Shown: positions 48,443 to 57,873 of the stretch, piece after piece
Layout of the letters: each line of letters opens with the position of its first letter
How positions within the stretch are numbered: position 1 is the stretch's first letter
Source of the DNA: an uncultured Actinomycetes bacterium
GTDB taxonomy: Bacteria > Actinomycetota > UBA4738 > HRBIN12
Length of the DNA: 64,000 nucleotides
NCBI GenBank assembly: GCA_963792215.1
Contig: CAWBVL010000008.1
Span: 483,655 to 547,654 of the forward strand
Direction of reading: 5' to 3'
The notes under the pieces: generated by a model
The model's input: only the letters and a program-made list of their open reading frames with translations
Databases searched by the model: none
Told to the model about the DNA's origin: nothing
Made by a program: the position numbers and the translations under genes

Positions 48443-49564
48443 GTGGTACGACCGACACGCGTCAGGCGGCTGCGACGCCGTCGCGCGCTCAAGGCTGCGA
48501 TCGTCGCGGCCGGCGTCGCGATGTCGGTGATGGTCGTCTCCGGCGCATGGGCGAAAGACGTGACCCTCGTGATCGACGGGCGCTCGCACTCCGTGCGCAC
48601 GCGATCGACGAGCGTCGAGGACCTGTTGTCCGATCAAGGCGTGCCGCTGTCGATCGGGTTGCAGGTCGAACCGCCGCCGGCGACCACTCTCGCCGACGGC
48701 ATGACCGTCTATGTGAGTCCGCCGCCGGGTGTGCCGGCGAGCGGGTTCTCGGCGTCGGTCACCTCCACAGGTGTGGGGGTCTGGGTGGTGGAGCGACCGG
48801 GGACGGGTTCGTTCGGGAAGGCGAACTCCGGATCCCGGGAGGCTTCAACCTCTGCGGCAGCCGTCGGGCCTTCGGGCGTGACCGTGCGGGCCGTCGTGAC
48901 GGGGAAGGTGCACGACGTCTCGACCAACGCGGAAACGACCGGGGCGCTCCTTACGGCCATGGGGATCCAACCCGACGCTGACGACCGCGTCGTCCCGCCA
49001 CCCAGTACCCCCCTCCACGACGGCATGACGGTCCGGTACGACCAAGTGTCGACCGCCACGCACGTGATGACGCTGCCGATCCAGATGCCGGTCGATACGC
49101 AGTACACGTCATCCCTCACGCCGGGGCACGTGATGGTGCTGACCCACGGCTCGACGGGGGTCGAGCGCGCGGCCGTCGCGGTGAAGACCGTCAACGGGCG
49201 GGTCGTCTCGCGGCGGGTCGTGTCTCGGAGCGTGCTGGATCCGCCGGTGCCCGAGGTCCGCTTGTCGGCGCCGTACTCGATGACCGACGGGACCCTCCAA
49301 GAGCCCGGTACCGGCGCCACCACCGAGACCGGCGAGGCGTCGTGGTACGACCCGCCGTGGAGCGGTCTGACCGCCGCCAATCCCTGGCTGCCCTTCGGCA
49401 CCCACGTCACCGTGACGGACCTCGACACCGGGCGCTCCGTTACGGTGGTGATCGATGATCGAGGACCGTTCGGACCGGGGCGGATCATCGACCTCTCGCC
49501 CGAGGCCTTCGCCGCGCTCCAGCCGCTCGGTCACGGCGTCCTCCACGTCTCGCTCTCCTGGTAG
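48443..49564 (+). CDS. RpfB/YabE-like cell-wall enzyme: DUF348 repeats + G5-like + RlpA-like DPBB domain
   Basis: Located between tatD and rsmA; GEASWY, LPFGT.V.V, DDRGPF, IIDLS. Confidence 0.8.
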   Translation: MVRPTRVRRLRRRRALKAAIVAAGVAMSVMVVSGAWAKDVTLVIDGRSHSVRTRSTSVEDLLSDQGVPLSIGLQVEPPPATTLADGMTVYVSPPPGVPASGFSASVTSTGVGVWVVERPGTGSFGKANSGSREASTSAAAVGPSGVTVRAVVTGKVHDVSTNAETTGALLTAMGIQPDADDRVVPPPSTPLHDGMTVRYDQVSTATHVMTLPIQMPVDTQYTSSLTPGHVMVLTHGSTGVERAAVAVKTVNGRVVSRRVVSRSVLDPPVPEVRLSAPYSMTDGTLQEPGTGATTETGEASWYDPPWSGLTAANPWLPFGTHVTVTDLDTGRSVTVVIDDRGPFGPGRIIDLSPEAFAALQPLGHGVLHVSLSW

Positions 49565-49580
49565 CCCGTCGCCGCGGGCG

Positions 49581-50381
49581 CTGCTCGAGGCTTACGGCGT
49601 CGAGCCCTCGAAGGCGCTCGGACAGCACTTCCTGATCGACCCCAACCTGGCCGCGGCGGTCGCCGCCGACGTCGGGGTCGGCGGCGGCGATGCCGTCGTC
49701 GAGATCGGCGCGGGCCTCGGCGCGCTGACGACCGCGCTCGCGGAGCGCGGCGTCGAGCGGGTGCTGGCGATCGAGTTCGACCGCGCGCTCGTACCGGCGT
49801 TGCGATCGGTCGCCGAGCCGTATCCGGCGGTCGAGGTGCTCGAAGCGGACGCCACGAAGATCGATTGGTCCGGGGTGCTCGGCGACGGCTCGTGGACCGC
49901 GTGCGGGAACCTTCCCTACAACGTCGGCACGGCGATCGTGCTGTCGCTGTTGGAACACGCGCCGATGGTGCGAACGCTCGTCGTGATGGTGCAGCGCGAA
50001 GTTGCCGACCGGTTGATCGCGACGTCCTCGGCCCGGCAAGGGTACGGGCCGACGAGCCTGCGCGTCGCGTACCACGCCGAGGCGACGGTCGTGCGGCCTG
50101 TGCCGGCATCGGTGTTCTGGCCGCGCCCATCGGTCGCGTCGGCGATCGTTCGGATGGAACGGCGCTCGCACCCCGCCGTCGCCGCCGATGAGGAGGCGCT
50201 GTGGCGCCTCGTGGACGAAGCGTTCGGGCAACGGCGCAAGACGATGCGCGCCGCATTGCGACGCCTCGGAGCGGATGACCCCGATGCGGTGCTCGCCGAG
50301 GCCGGCGTGGACCCGTCGGCTCGACCCGAGGAGCTCGACCTGGCCGTCTTCGGGCAGATCGCGGAGGCGCTGTCCGAGTGA
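49581..50381 (+). CDS. rsmA: 16S rRNA adenine dimethyltransferase (start uncertain)
   Basis: KALGQHFLID, EIGAGLG, GNLPYN, MVQREVA, FGQRRK; no ATG/GTG/TTG near expected start. Confidence 0.9.
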   Translation: MLEAYGVEPSKALGQHFLIDPNLAAAVAADVGVGGGDAVVEIGAGLGALTTALAERGVERVLAIEFDRALVPALRSVAEPYPAVEVLEADATKIDWSGVLGDGSWTACGNLPYNVGTAIVLSLLEHAPMVRTLVVMVQREVADRLIATSSARQGYGPTSLRVAYHAEATVVRPVPASVFWPRPSVASAIVRMERRSHPAVAADEEALWRLVDEAFGQRRKTMRAALRRLGADDPDAVLAEAGVDPSARPEELDLAVFGQIAEALSE

Positions 50382-51253
50382 GCGTCACACAGCGGGCGCA
50401 CGCCAAGCTCAACGTCTTCCTGCGCGTGCTCGGCGCGCGAGATGACGGCTACCACGACATCGAGACGGTGATCCTCCCGCTCGAGCTCCACGACGTGGTG
50501 ACGGCCGAGCACGCCGATGGCTTCGCGGTGAAGGTGGAGGGCCCGCGCGCTCGGGAGCTCGCCCGGGCGGGGGGCGAGGCGCTCGTCGAACGGGCCGCGA
50601 GGGCGTGGGCCCACGAGACGGGGCGCGAGGCGCCCGGCGCGATGATCACCGTCGACAAGCGCATCCCGGTCGCGGCCGGGCTCGGTGGCGGCAGCGCCGA
50701 CGCGGCGGCGACGATCCGCGCCCTCGACGACCTCCACGGGACGGGCCTTCCGACCGAGACCCTGCTCGGCATCGCCGCGGCCGTCGGCTCGGACGTCCCT
50801 GCGCTCCTCCTGGGTGGACCGGTCTACGCCGACGGCCGCGGCGACCGCGTCACGCCGGTGCACGCGCAGACCACGCATTGGGTCGTCTTGCCGGCGTCGT
50901 TCGCGGTGCGCACACCCGACGCGTACGGCTGGTGGGACGCGCGCGCCGAGACCGGTCCCGACGCCGGCGCTGTGATCGCCGCGATCGAAGCCGGCAACGA
51001 CGAGACGCTCGGCCCCGCGATGTTCAACGACCTGCAGTTCGCCGTCGCGGCCCGACATCCGGAGGTGTCCGACACGATCGCCGCCTTGCTCGATGCAGGC
51101 GCGCTCGGCGCCGTGATGTCCGGGAGCGGCCCGACGGTCGTCGCGCTCGCACGCCATATCGCGCACGCCGACCAGATCGCAGACGCCGTGCCCGGCGGGT
51201 TCGTGACCTCGGGGCCTCCACGTACGATGGGGCCGCCCTCCGGGGTCGTCTAA
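50378..51253 (+). CDS. ispE: 4-diphosphocytidyl-2-C-methyl-D-erythritol kinase
   Basis: AKLNVFL..GYH, IPVAAGLGGGSADAA, MSGSGPT. Confidence 0.95.
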   Translation: MSVTQRAHAKLNVFLRVLGARDDGYHDIETVILPLELHDVVTAEHADGFAVKVEGPRARELARAGGEALVERAARAWAHETGREAPGAMITVDKRIPVAAGLGGGSADAAATIRALDDLHGTGLPTETLLGIAAAVGSDVPALLLGGPVYADGRGDRVTPVHAQTTHWVVLPASFAVRTPDAYGWWDARAETGPDAGAVIAAIEAGNDETLGPAMFNDLQFAVAARHPEVSDTIAALLDAGALGAVMSGSGPTVVALARHIAHADQIADAVPGGFVTSGPPRTMGPPSGVV

Positions 51254-51309
51254 TGGCAAGACACGGGCCTTTGGAGCCTGGAATGGAGGTTCGATCCCTC
51301 CCCCCGGAA
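51239..51309 (+). tRNA. tRNA-Gln(TTG)
   Basis: Acceptor stem TCCGGGG/CCCCGGA, anticodon arm CGGGC-CTTTGGA-GCCTG, T arm GGAGG-TTCGATC-CCTCC; CCA not encoded. Confidence 0.93.
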
Positions 51310-51322
51310 CGGATCTTCCTCG

Positions 51323-52468
51323 TCAGATCGCTGCGATCGTGCGGCGCTGCGAACGGACCTGTTCGCAACCGTCCGTCCCCGCGTATGCCACCCGAACGAC
51401 GGTCTCGCGCTTGATCCGGACCGTGAAGCTGTAGCGGCCCGTCGCGGATGTCATATCGGAGCGGTTCGGAAGGCCGGTCGGCCGAAGCACGAGAAGCGTG
51501 ACGCGCTGCGACGCGATGCAGTCGGGATCGATCGACAGAAGATGACCGGTGATATCGGCGCGCGATCCCGTGCGCGCGGCGCTTGGCGCCGAGATCGTCA
51601 CCCGCCGGCCGAGCTGCCCGTACCCGCTCGCACCCCAGCAGTCGGTGTCGCCTGCGGCGGTGATCGCGCACGTGTGGTAGCTGCCCGCCGATACCGCGAC
51701 GTACGGTCCGGGCTGGTCCGTGGCCTGACCGAAGTTGTTCCATCCCCAGCAGTCGACGGAACCGTCGGTCCGCAGCGCACAGTTGTGGTGGTCGCCCGCA
51801 GAGACCTGCGTGAATGGTCCGGGCTGGTCCTTCGCTTGTCCTCGGTCGTGGATGCCCCAGCAGTCGGCGGCGCCGCTCGTGGTCAAGGCGCAGTTGTGCC
51901 CGTCGCCGGCAGAGACCTGCACGTACGGGCCGGGGTGATCCTCTGCGAGGCCCGCATCGTTCCGGCCCCAACAATCCGCAACACCGACAGGCGTCAGCCC
52001 GCAGTTGTGCGAGCCGCTGATCGTCAACTCGGTGAACGGTCCCGGTTGATCCATCGCTTGCCCGGAGTCGTTCCGGCCCCAGCAGTCGGCGGCACCGGCC
52101 GCCGTCAGCGCGCAGGTGTGCTTCCAGCCCGCGACTACCTCTGTATAAGGACCCGCGTGATCGACGGCCTCGCCGTCCGCGTTCGAACCCCAGCAGTCGG
52201 CTGCACCGGCCGCCGTCAGCGCGCAGGTGTGCATGCCACCGGCCGACACCTGCGAGTACGGACCCGGTTGATCCGCGGACTGGCTCGCGTCGTTGCGTCC
52301 CCAGCAGTCGGCCGCACCGGCGGGCGTCAAGGCGCACGTGTGGTCGACTCCCGCCGAGATCGAACTGAAGTCGGCGGCCGCGAGGGTGGTGGTCGCGGGG
52401 AGCCCGCACGCCAACAGCGCCGCGAGCGCCGACACGCAGAACCAGCGACGAACGGCGGCGTGTCGCAT
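51323..52468 (-). CDS. Secreted RCC1/BLIP-II-like beta-propeller repeat protein
   Basis: Signal peptide; seven SAG..H.C.L..DCWG repeats. Confidence 0.85.
   Translation of the reverse strand: MRHAAVRRWFCVSALAALLACGLPATTTLAAADFSSISAGVDHTCALTPAGAADCWGRNDASQSADQPGPYSQVSAGGMHTCALTAAGAADCWGSNADGEAVDHAGPYTEVVAGWKHTCALTAAGAADCWGRNDSGQAMDQPGPFTELTISGSHNCGLTPVGVADCWGRNDAGLAEDHPGPYVQVSAGDGHNCALTTSGAADCWGIHDRGQAKDQPGPFTQVSAGDHHNCALRTDGSVDCWGWNNFGQATDQPGPYVAVSAGSYHTCAITAAGDTDCWGASGYGQLGRRVTISAPSAARTGSRADITGHLLSIDPDCIASQRVTLLVLRPTGLPNRSDMTSATGRYSFTVRIKRETVVRVAYAGTDGCEQVRSQRRTIAAI
51593..52369 (-). repeat. Seven tandem ~111-bp (37-aa) coding repeats
   Basis: CCCCAGCAGTC-like core recurs about every 111 bp. 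Confidence 0.85.
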
Positions 52469-52545
52469 CACGTGAGGGTAGCCAGGTTGCGGACCCGGCA
52501 CCGACAGGCGAGAGTGCAGGTCCGGGCACGCAGGGGGCGAGGGGC

Positions 52546-53202
52546 ATGAAGCTCGAGGAGCTGACACCGGAGGATCGCGAACGCTGGGAGCGGTACATCA
52601 CGACCGGCCTGCACGCGTTCCTGTTCGTCGACCACGTCGCGGGTGACGGCACGCTACGCGACGCCGTCGACGCGCTGATGGGGATGATCCCCGGCGATGA
52701 TCCGGAGTCGCCCGACTATCTGCCACCGAGCGATCACACCGTCGTCCTGTCGGCCACCGAGACGGTGGGGCCGTACAAGGCATGGGTGCATCTCTGGACG
52801 CCGGCGCGTCGCCTCGACCTCTTGCAGGACTTCATCGCAGGAACCTTGTGGGAGCTCGGGCTCCGATGCGACTACGCCGTCCAAGGAACCGCGTACACCG
52901 GGCCCACCGGTCAGGTCTATGCGCTCAAGATCAAGCGATGCGATGTGGTGGGGTTCGTCCGCGTCTGGCAGAGCGCCGACGCTGATCGCGGAGCCTTCGA
53001 CATCATGGCGAGTCTGTCCGAGCTCGACGGGTTCCAAGGAGCGGCGACCGTGTTCGGCAGCTTCGATGTGTTGCTCGTGATCGAGGGCGACGAGATCGAC
53101 GACGTGGCCAAGGTCATCATGGGCGGTCTCCAACGGATCCCTGGGATCGCGCGGACCGAGACGGCGTTCGCCGACTACCGTCGTTACGACGGCGCGTCGT
53201 AG
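52546..53202 (+). CDS. Protein with Lrp/AsnC-type ligand-binding domain(s), no HTH
   Basis: VFGSFDVLLVIEG..IPGIARTETAF C-terminal pattern. Confidence 0.6.
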   Translation: MKLEELTPEDRERWERYITTGLHAFLFVDHVAGDGTLRDAVDALMGMIPGDDPESPDYLPPSDHTVVLSATETVGPYKAWVHLWTPARRLDLLQDFIAGTLWELGLRCDYAVQGTAYTGPTGQVYALKIKRCDVVGFVRVWQSADADRGAFDIMASLSELDGFQGAATVFGSFDVLLVIEGDEIDDVAKVIMGGLQRIPGIARTETAFADYRRYDGAS

Positions 53203-56200
53203 CCCGCGTTCGCTCGCTGCCGCACCGCCCGAGCCCGTCGAGCCCCGACGAGGCTGCCCTTCCGGACGCAGAGATCGATCGCCGCATCAGCGGCCTGGAT
53301 CGCGTCACCAGGACGGTCGGGCAACAGCACGTCCGCGAGATCCACGAGCGTGTCGCTCTGCAGGGCGAGGAAGTCTGTCGACGACGCGAGGCGCACGGCT
53401 TCACGCGCGAACGCCCCCGCTCGCGGGCGATCGCCCTGGACCGCGACGGTCTTCGCCATCGCGCGATTCCACCCGATCTGCTGCTCGAGGGCGAAGGACG
53501 GCGCGTCCTTGACGATGCTCGGGATCAACGCGGACGCCTCGGCGTCGCGACCGAGGTCGAACAAGATCAGGGCCAGGTCGCCGGCAAGGAGCGCTGCATC
53601 GGACTCGCCACGCTGTTCGAACGATCGGTACGCCGTCCGCATCGACCGCTCCGCCGCATCGACGTCGCCATCCCACCAATCGATCAGCCCGGTTACGTTG
53701 GCCGCCTCGGCCGACCAACGCGGTTGCGACAACTCTTCGAACACGTCCGAGGAGGCGCCCGCTCGCTCACGAGCGTCCTCGGAGCGGTCGAGCATCGCGA
53801 GCACGAGCGCCGCCCGTAGCTCGATGGCGGCGCGCACCATCGGTTCGTTCGCGAAGTCCTCGAGCAACGTCTCGAGCCTGTCGAGCGCAACAGCACATGG
53901 TGTCGACCCCACGAACAGCGCCTGGGCGACGATGTCCGCGCTGCTTGCGGCGGCGGGCGACGCCGGGTCGCCGAGCTTGAGCCCTCTCTCGCCCGCATCG
54001 AGCATCGCGATGCTGTCCCCGGTCACGAGACGGTGCATGATGCCCAACGCCTCGAGCCCTGCTGCGAGATGTTCGGCGTTGTCCGTGCGCTCGAACTCGT
54101 TGAGCGCGTCTTCGACGACACGCTGGAGGCCGATCCCGGACGTGGACCCAGGGTCGGTGACGAGCTGCCACGTGTATCGGTCCATCCGAGCGCGAGCGTC
54201 GAGGGCGGGGTCATGGGTCCGGTGCGCGCTCTCGACCATCTCGTCGTAGACGGACTCGGCGCGGTCCTGTTCGCCCGCTTGGAACAAGCTGTCGGCCAGG
54301 TAGGGCAGCATCGCCAGGCGATCGGGGTCGTCGCGGGGCAGCAACGTCGCAGCCTTTCCGAGGAGCTTGACGCTGGCAGAGATATCGCCGCGAGCGACCG
54401 CTCGCCGCCCGGCCGCCGCGGCGTGGGTCCCGGCGCGGATCGCGAGGCGCTCCTCGGCTTCACCGATCGGTCCGAGCTCTGCCCTGTACCGGTAGGCCTG
54501 CTCGAGGTGGTAGGCCACGATCTCCTCGTAGGGGTCGATGCGGAGGCCCCCACGCTCCTCGAGCCATGACGCATAGCGGGCGTGGAGGTCTGCGCGTGTG
54601 GATTTGCGGATCCCGTCGTAGGCAACGTCGCGGAGCAGCATGTGCGGGAAGCTGTACGCGTCGTCTCCCGTCGTGTGTCTCCCGCGGATCAGATCCTTGG
54701 TTACTGCCGACGCGAGCAGGCGCTGGACGCCGCCTGTGCTTCCTGCCGGTGAGATCGCCTCGACCTCGGCACCGAGGAAGTCTCTGCCGATGACCGACGC
54801 GCGCTCGACGACGTCGCGCTCCGCGGGCTCCAGCCGGTCGAGTCTCGCCGACAAGAGTGCGGTGATCGATGGGGGTGTGGCGAGATCGGAAAGGTCGCTC
54901 GCCGCGACCCACCGGTCTCCATCGCGGACCAGAGCCCCGGTTTCGGTGAGGTGCCGCACGATCTCCTCGACGAACAGCGGATAGGCGGCGGCGGCGTCCG
55001 CGATCCGTTCTCGCACCGCCGGCTCGAGTTCGGCGGGCCCGAGCAGGTTGCCGATCATGGCGTCGGAATCGGCGGCAGCCAGGGGTTCGAGCAGGATCGT
55101 CGTGGCGTTGAACGCGCCCGCACCCCAGGCAGCCCTGACGTCGAGCAGTTCCTGTCGCGCCATGCAGATGAGCATCACCGACGCGTCGCGGGATCGATCG
55201 GCGACGTGCTCGATCAGGTCGAGCAACGTGGGCTCCGCCCAGTGGACGTCGTCGAACACGAGGACGAGGGGGCGCGGCCGTGCCAGCGCCTCGAAGAACC
55301 GACGGATCGCCCAGAAGATCTCGTCCGGCGACGGGGTTCCCGGCGCAAGCCCCAGGGCCTGCCCGACGCGCCTCGCCACCACGTCGTCGCGTTCGATCCC
55401 GATGACGAGCTCTCGGATCTTCGCGAGGGCCGTCTCGGGATCGTCCTCGTCGGTCATCCCGGCAGCTCGACGCACCATCTCGGAGATCGGGTAGAACGTG
55501 ATGCCGTCCCCGTACGGCAGACATCTGCCGGCCAAGATCTTCGCGCCGGCGCCGCGTCCACGGACGAACTCCTCGACCACCCGCGACTTCCCGATGCCCG
55601 GCGGCCCCAAGATGGTGAAGAGCTGGCATCGATGTCCCGTGACGACGCGGTTGAGCGCCTGGCTCAACAGCGCACCCTCGGCGTCGCGATCGACCATCGG
55701 CGGATCGAACCGGCGGGCATGTCCGAGCGCGCCGGGCACCACGCCTAACAACCGGAAGGCGCCGATCGGCTCCGCGAATCCCTTGAGCCTGACCGGAGCC
55801 ATCTCTTCCGCGGCGACCGCGTCCTGCACCAGCCGGTACGTGTCGGCGCCGAGCACGATCTCGCCCGGTTCCGCCACCTGCTCGAGTCGCGCCGCCAGGT
55901 TCACTGGACCACCCGTGATCGAGATCGCCTCCGCCTCGGGATCACCCGTCACGACCTCGCCGGTGTGCACGCCGATCCTCGTCTGGAGCGTCACGCCACC
56001 GTCACGCTGCAGCTCCTTGCTCAGCTCGCCCGCTGCGTCACGGATCGCAACGGCGGCGCGCGCCGCCCGCAATGGGTCGTCCTCGTGCACGCGCGGCAGG
56101 CCGAACACCGCGAGCACAGCGTCGCCCACGAACTTCTCCACGCGTCCGCCGTGCGCGGTGACGATCGTCGTGAGCAGTGCGAAGTAGCGGTCGAGGATCG

Positions 56201-56381
56201 ACCGCATCGACTCGGGATCGAGTGTGGTGACCATCTCCGTCGAGCCGACGAGGTCGCAGAACAGGACCGTCACGACCCGGCGGGCCCCGGACGACGGATG
56301 GGCGGGGAGCGGTGACCCGCAGGCGAGACAGAACCGAGCATGCTCGGGGTTGCGCTCGCCACAGTTCGTACAGACCACCAT
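53184..56381 (-). CDS. Zinc ribbon + class III adenylate/guanylate cyclase + AAA (STAND) + TPR protein
   Basis: CTNC/CLAC, LFCDLVGST, KFVGDAV, VNLAARL, GPPGIGKS, FDDVHWA. Confidence 0.9.
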   Translation of the reverse strand: MVVCTNCGERNPEHARFCLACGSPLPAHPSSGARRVVTVLFCDLVGSTEMVTTLDPESMRSILDRYFALLTTIVTAHGGRVEKFVGDAVLAVFGLPRVHEDDPLRAARAAVAIRDAAGELSKELQRDGGVTLQTRIGVHTGEVVTGDPEAEAISITGGPVNLAARLEQVAEPGEIVLGADTYRLVQDAVAAEEMAPVRLKGFAEPIGAFRLLGVVPGALGHARRFDPPMVDRDAEGALLSQALNRVVTGHRCQLFTILGPPGIGKSRVVEEFVRGRGAGAKILAGRCLPYGDGITFYPISEMVRRAAGMTDEDDPETALAKIRELVIGIERDDVVARRVGQALGLAPGTPSPDEIFWAIRRFFEALARPRPLVLVFDDVHWAEPTLLDLIEHVADRSRDASVMLICMARQELLDVRAAWGAGAFNATTILLEPLAAADSDAMIGNLLGPAELEPAVRERIADAAAAYPLFVEEIVRHLTETGALVRDGDRWVAASDLSDLATPPSITALLSARLDRLEPAERDVVERASVIGRDFLGAEVEAISPAGSTGGVQRLLASAVTKDLIRGRHTTGDDAYSFPHMLLRDVAYDGIRKSTRADLHARYASWLEERGGLRIDPYEEIVAYHLEQAYRYRAELGPIGEAEERLAIRAGTHAAAAGRRAVARGDISASVKLLGKAATLLPRDDPDRLAMLPYLADSLFQAGEQDRAESVYDEMVESAHRTHDPALDARARMDRYTWQLVTDPGSTSGIGLQRVVEDALNEFERTDNAEHLAAGLEALGIMHRLVTGDSIAMLDAGERGLKLGDPASPAAASSADIVAQALFVGSTPCAVALDRLETLLEDFANEPMVRAAIELRAALVLAMLDRSEDARERAGASSDVFEELSQPRWSAEAANVTGLIDWWDGDVDAAERSMRTAYRSFEQRGESDAALLAGDLALILFDLGRDAEASALIPSIVKDAPSFALEQQIGWNRAMAKTVAVQGDRPRAGAFAREAVRLASSTDFLALQSDTLVDLADVLLPDRPGDAIQAADAAIDLCVRKGSLVGARRARAVRQRANAGYDAPS

Positions 56382-56491
56382 CTGTGCGTGAGCCTAGGAC
56401 CCTGACTCCCAGCGAGCGAGCCCAGCGCTTGCGGGCACCGCCTTCGCGTGCTCAGCGATAAGCTCGACCAGAGTCCGAAAGGGGAGGGAAC

Positions 56492-56914
56492 ATGGCGTCC
56501 GTATCGTTGGATCCGTACCTGAACTTCCGCGACAACACGCGCGAGGCGATGGAGTTCTATCACCAGGTGTTCGGGGGCAAGCTCGACATGAACACCTTCA
56601 AGGAGTTCGGCGCGTCGCAGGATCCGTCCGAGGACGACCTAATCATGCACTCGCAGCTCGAGGCCGACGAGATCACGTTCATGGCGGCCGACACGCCGAG
56701 CCATATGGAGTACGCGCCGGGTTCAAACTTCAGCATGTCGCTCAGCGGCGAGGACGAGGCGCGGCTCAGCGGCTACTTCAACAAGCTCGCCGACGGTGGC
56801 ACGGTGCTCCAGCCGCTCGAGAAGGCGCAGTGGGGCGACACGTTCGGCATGTTGATCGATCCCTTCGGCATCCGGTGGCTCGTGAACGTCTCGCAGCCGC
56901 ACGAGCACGAGTAG
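56492..56914 (+). CDS. VOC/PhnB family protein
   Basis: PYLNF, IMHSQL, WGDTFGML.DPFG..W. Confidence 0.9.
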   Translation: MASVSLDPYLNFRDNTREAMEFYHQVFGGKLDMNTFKEFGASQDPSEDDLIMHSQLEADEITFMAADTPSHMEYAPGSNFSMSLSGEDEARLSGYFNKLADGGTVLQPLEKAQWGDTFGMLIDPFGIRWLVNVSQPHEHE

Positions 56915-56923
56915 GACGGCGGG

Positions 56924-57298
56924 ATGATCGAGCCGCTGCCCGATCTTCCCGACGGCGTCCTGGGCTTCCGGTTCTCCGGGCACATCACGAAGGAGGACTA
57001 CGACCAGATCCTCGCACCGGCCTTGATGCAACGGATCACCGACGGCGCGAAGATCCGGCTCGCGATCGTGATCGGCGACGACTTCGACAAGTTCGAGGCG
57101 AGCGCGATGTGGGAGGACATGAAGTTCGGCTTCGGCTCGGGCGTCACGCACCCCTCGCTCTGGGAACGAACGGCGCTCATCTCCGACCACGAGTGGGTCG
57201 AGCACGCGATGAGCCTGTTCGGCTGGATGATGCCGGGCGACGCGCGCGACTACCCCTTGTCGAAGCTCGACGATGCGATCGCCTGGCTCGGAGCCTGA
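56924..57298 (+). CDS. SpoIIAA-like (STAS/SEC14) domain protein
   Basis: GHITKEDY, WEDMKFG, ERTALISD..W..AIAWL. Confidence 0.85.
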   Translation: MIEPLPDLPDGVLGFRFSGHITKEDYDQILAPALMQRITDGAKIRLAIVIGDDFDKFEASAMWEDMKFGFGSGVTHPSLWERTALISDHEWVEHAMSLFGWMMPGDARDYPLSKLDDAIAWLGA

Positions 57299-57798
57299 CC
57301 ACGACCCCGATCGACACCGCCAGGCTGCGACTCGATCCCATCACCGTCGACGACGCCGCCGAGCTGTTCGCGGTCCTCGACGACCCCGGGCTGCACAACT
57401 TCACCGGCGGTTCGCCGATGACCCGCGACGCGCTGGCGAAGTGGATCGAGTTCGTCGCGCCCGGCCACTCGCCGGACGGTGCCGAGATCTGGAAGAACTG
57501 GGTCGTCAGGGTGCGCGACGACGGACGAGCCATCGGCACCGTGCAGGCGACGATCGTCGGTGACGAGGCCACGCTCGCCTGGACGATCAGCAGCGAGTGG
57601 CAGGGGCACGGCTATGCGAAGGAGGCGGCGGCCGCCGTCCGACTGTGGGTCGCCACCTCCGGGGTCGTCTGGTTCCGCGCCGAGATCCATCCCGAGCACC
57701 AGGGCTCCGCGGCGGTCGCGCGATCGATCGACCTGGCGCCCACCACCGAGATCGTCGACGGCGAAGTCATCTGGCGCGGCCTGCCGCCGACCGCCTGA
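57295..57798 (+). CDS. GNAT (RimJ/RimL-like) N-acetyltransferase
   Basis: TARLRL, WQGHGYAKEA; CTG start inferred from CTGA overlap with upstream stop. Confidence 0.75.
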   Translation: MTTTPIDTARLRLDPITVDDAAELFAVLDDPGLHNFTGGSPMTRDALAKWIEFVAPGHSPDGAEIWKNWVVRVRDDGRAIGTVQATIVGDEATLAWTISSEWQGHGYAKEAAAAVRLWVATSGVVWFRAEIHPEHQGSAAVARSIDLAPTTEIVDGEVIWRGLPPTA

Positions 57799-57873
57799 CC
57801 TCGCAGGTCCGGCGACGTTGCCGCCCTCCCTGCTGGCTGCGACCATGGTGCCCCCGACTGGGAAACGAGCGCG

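Noticed and set aside
51229-57830. GCCGCCCTCC shared near the tRNA 5' end and upstream of glmU as an att duplication
   Set aside because: Only 10 GC-rich bp, on the wrong side of the tRNA, and no integrase; likely chance
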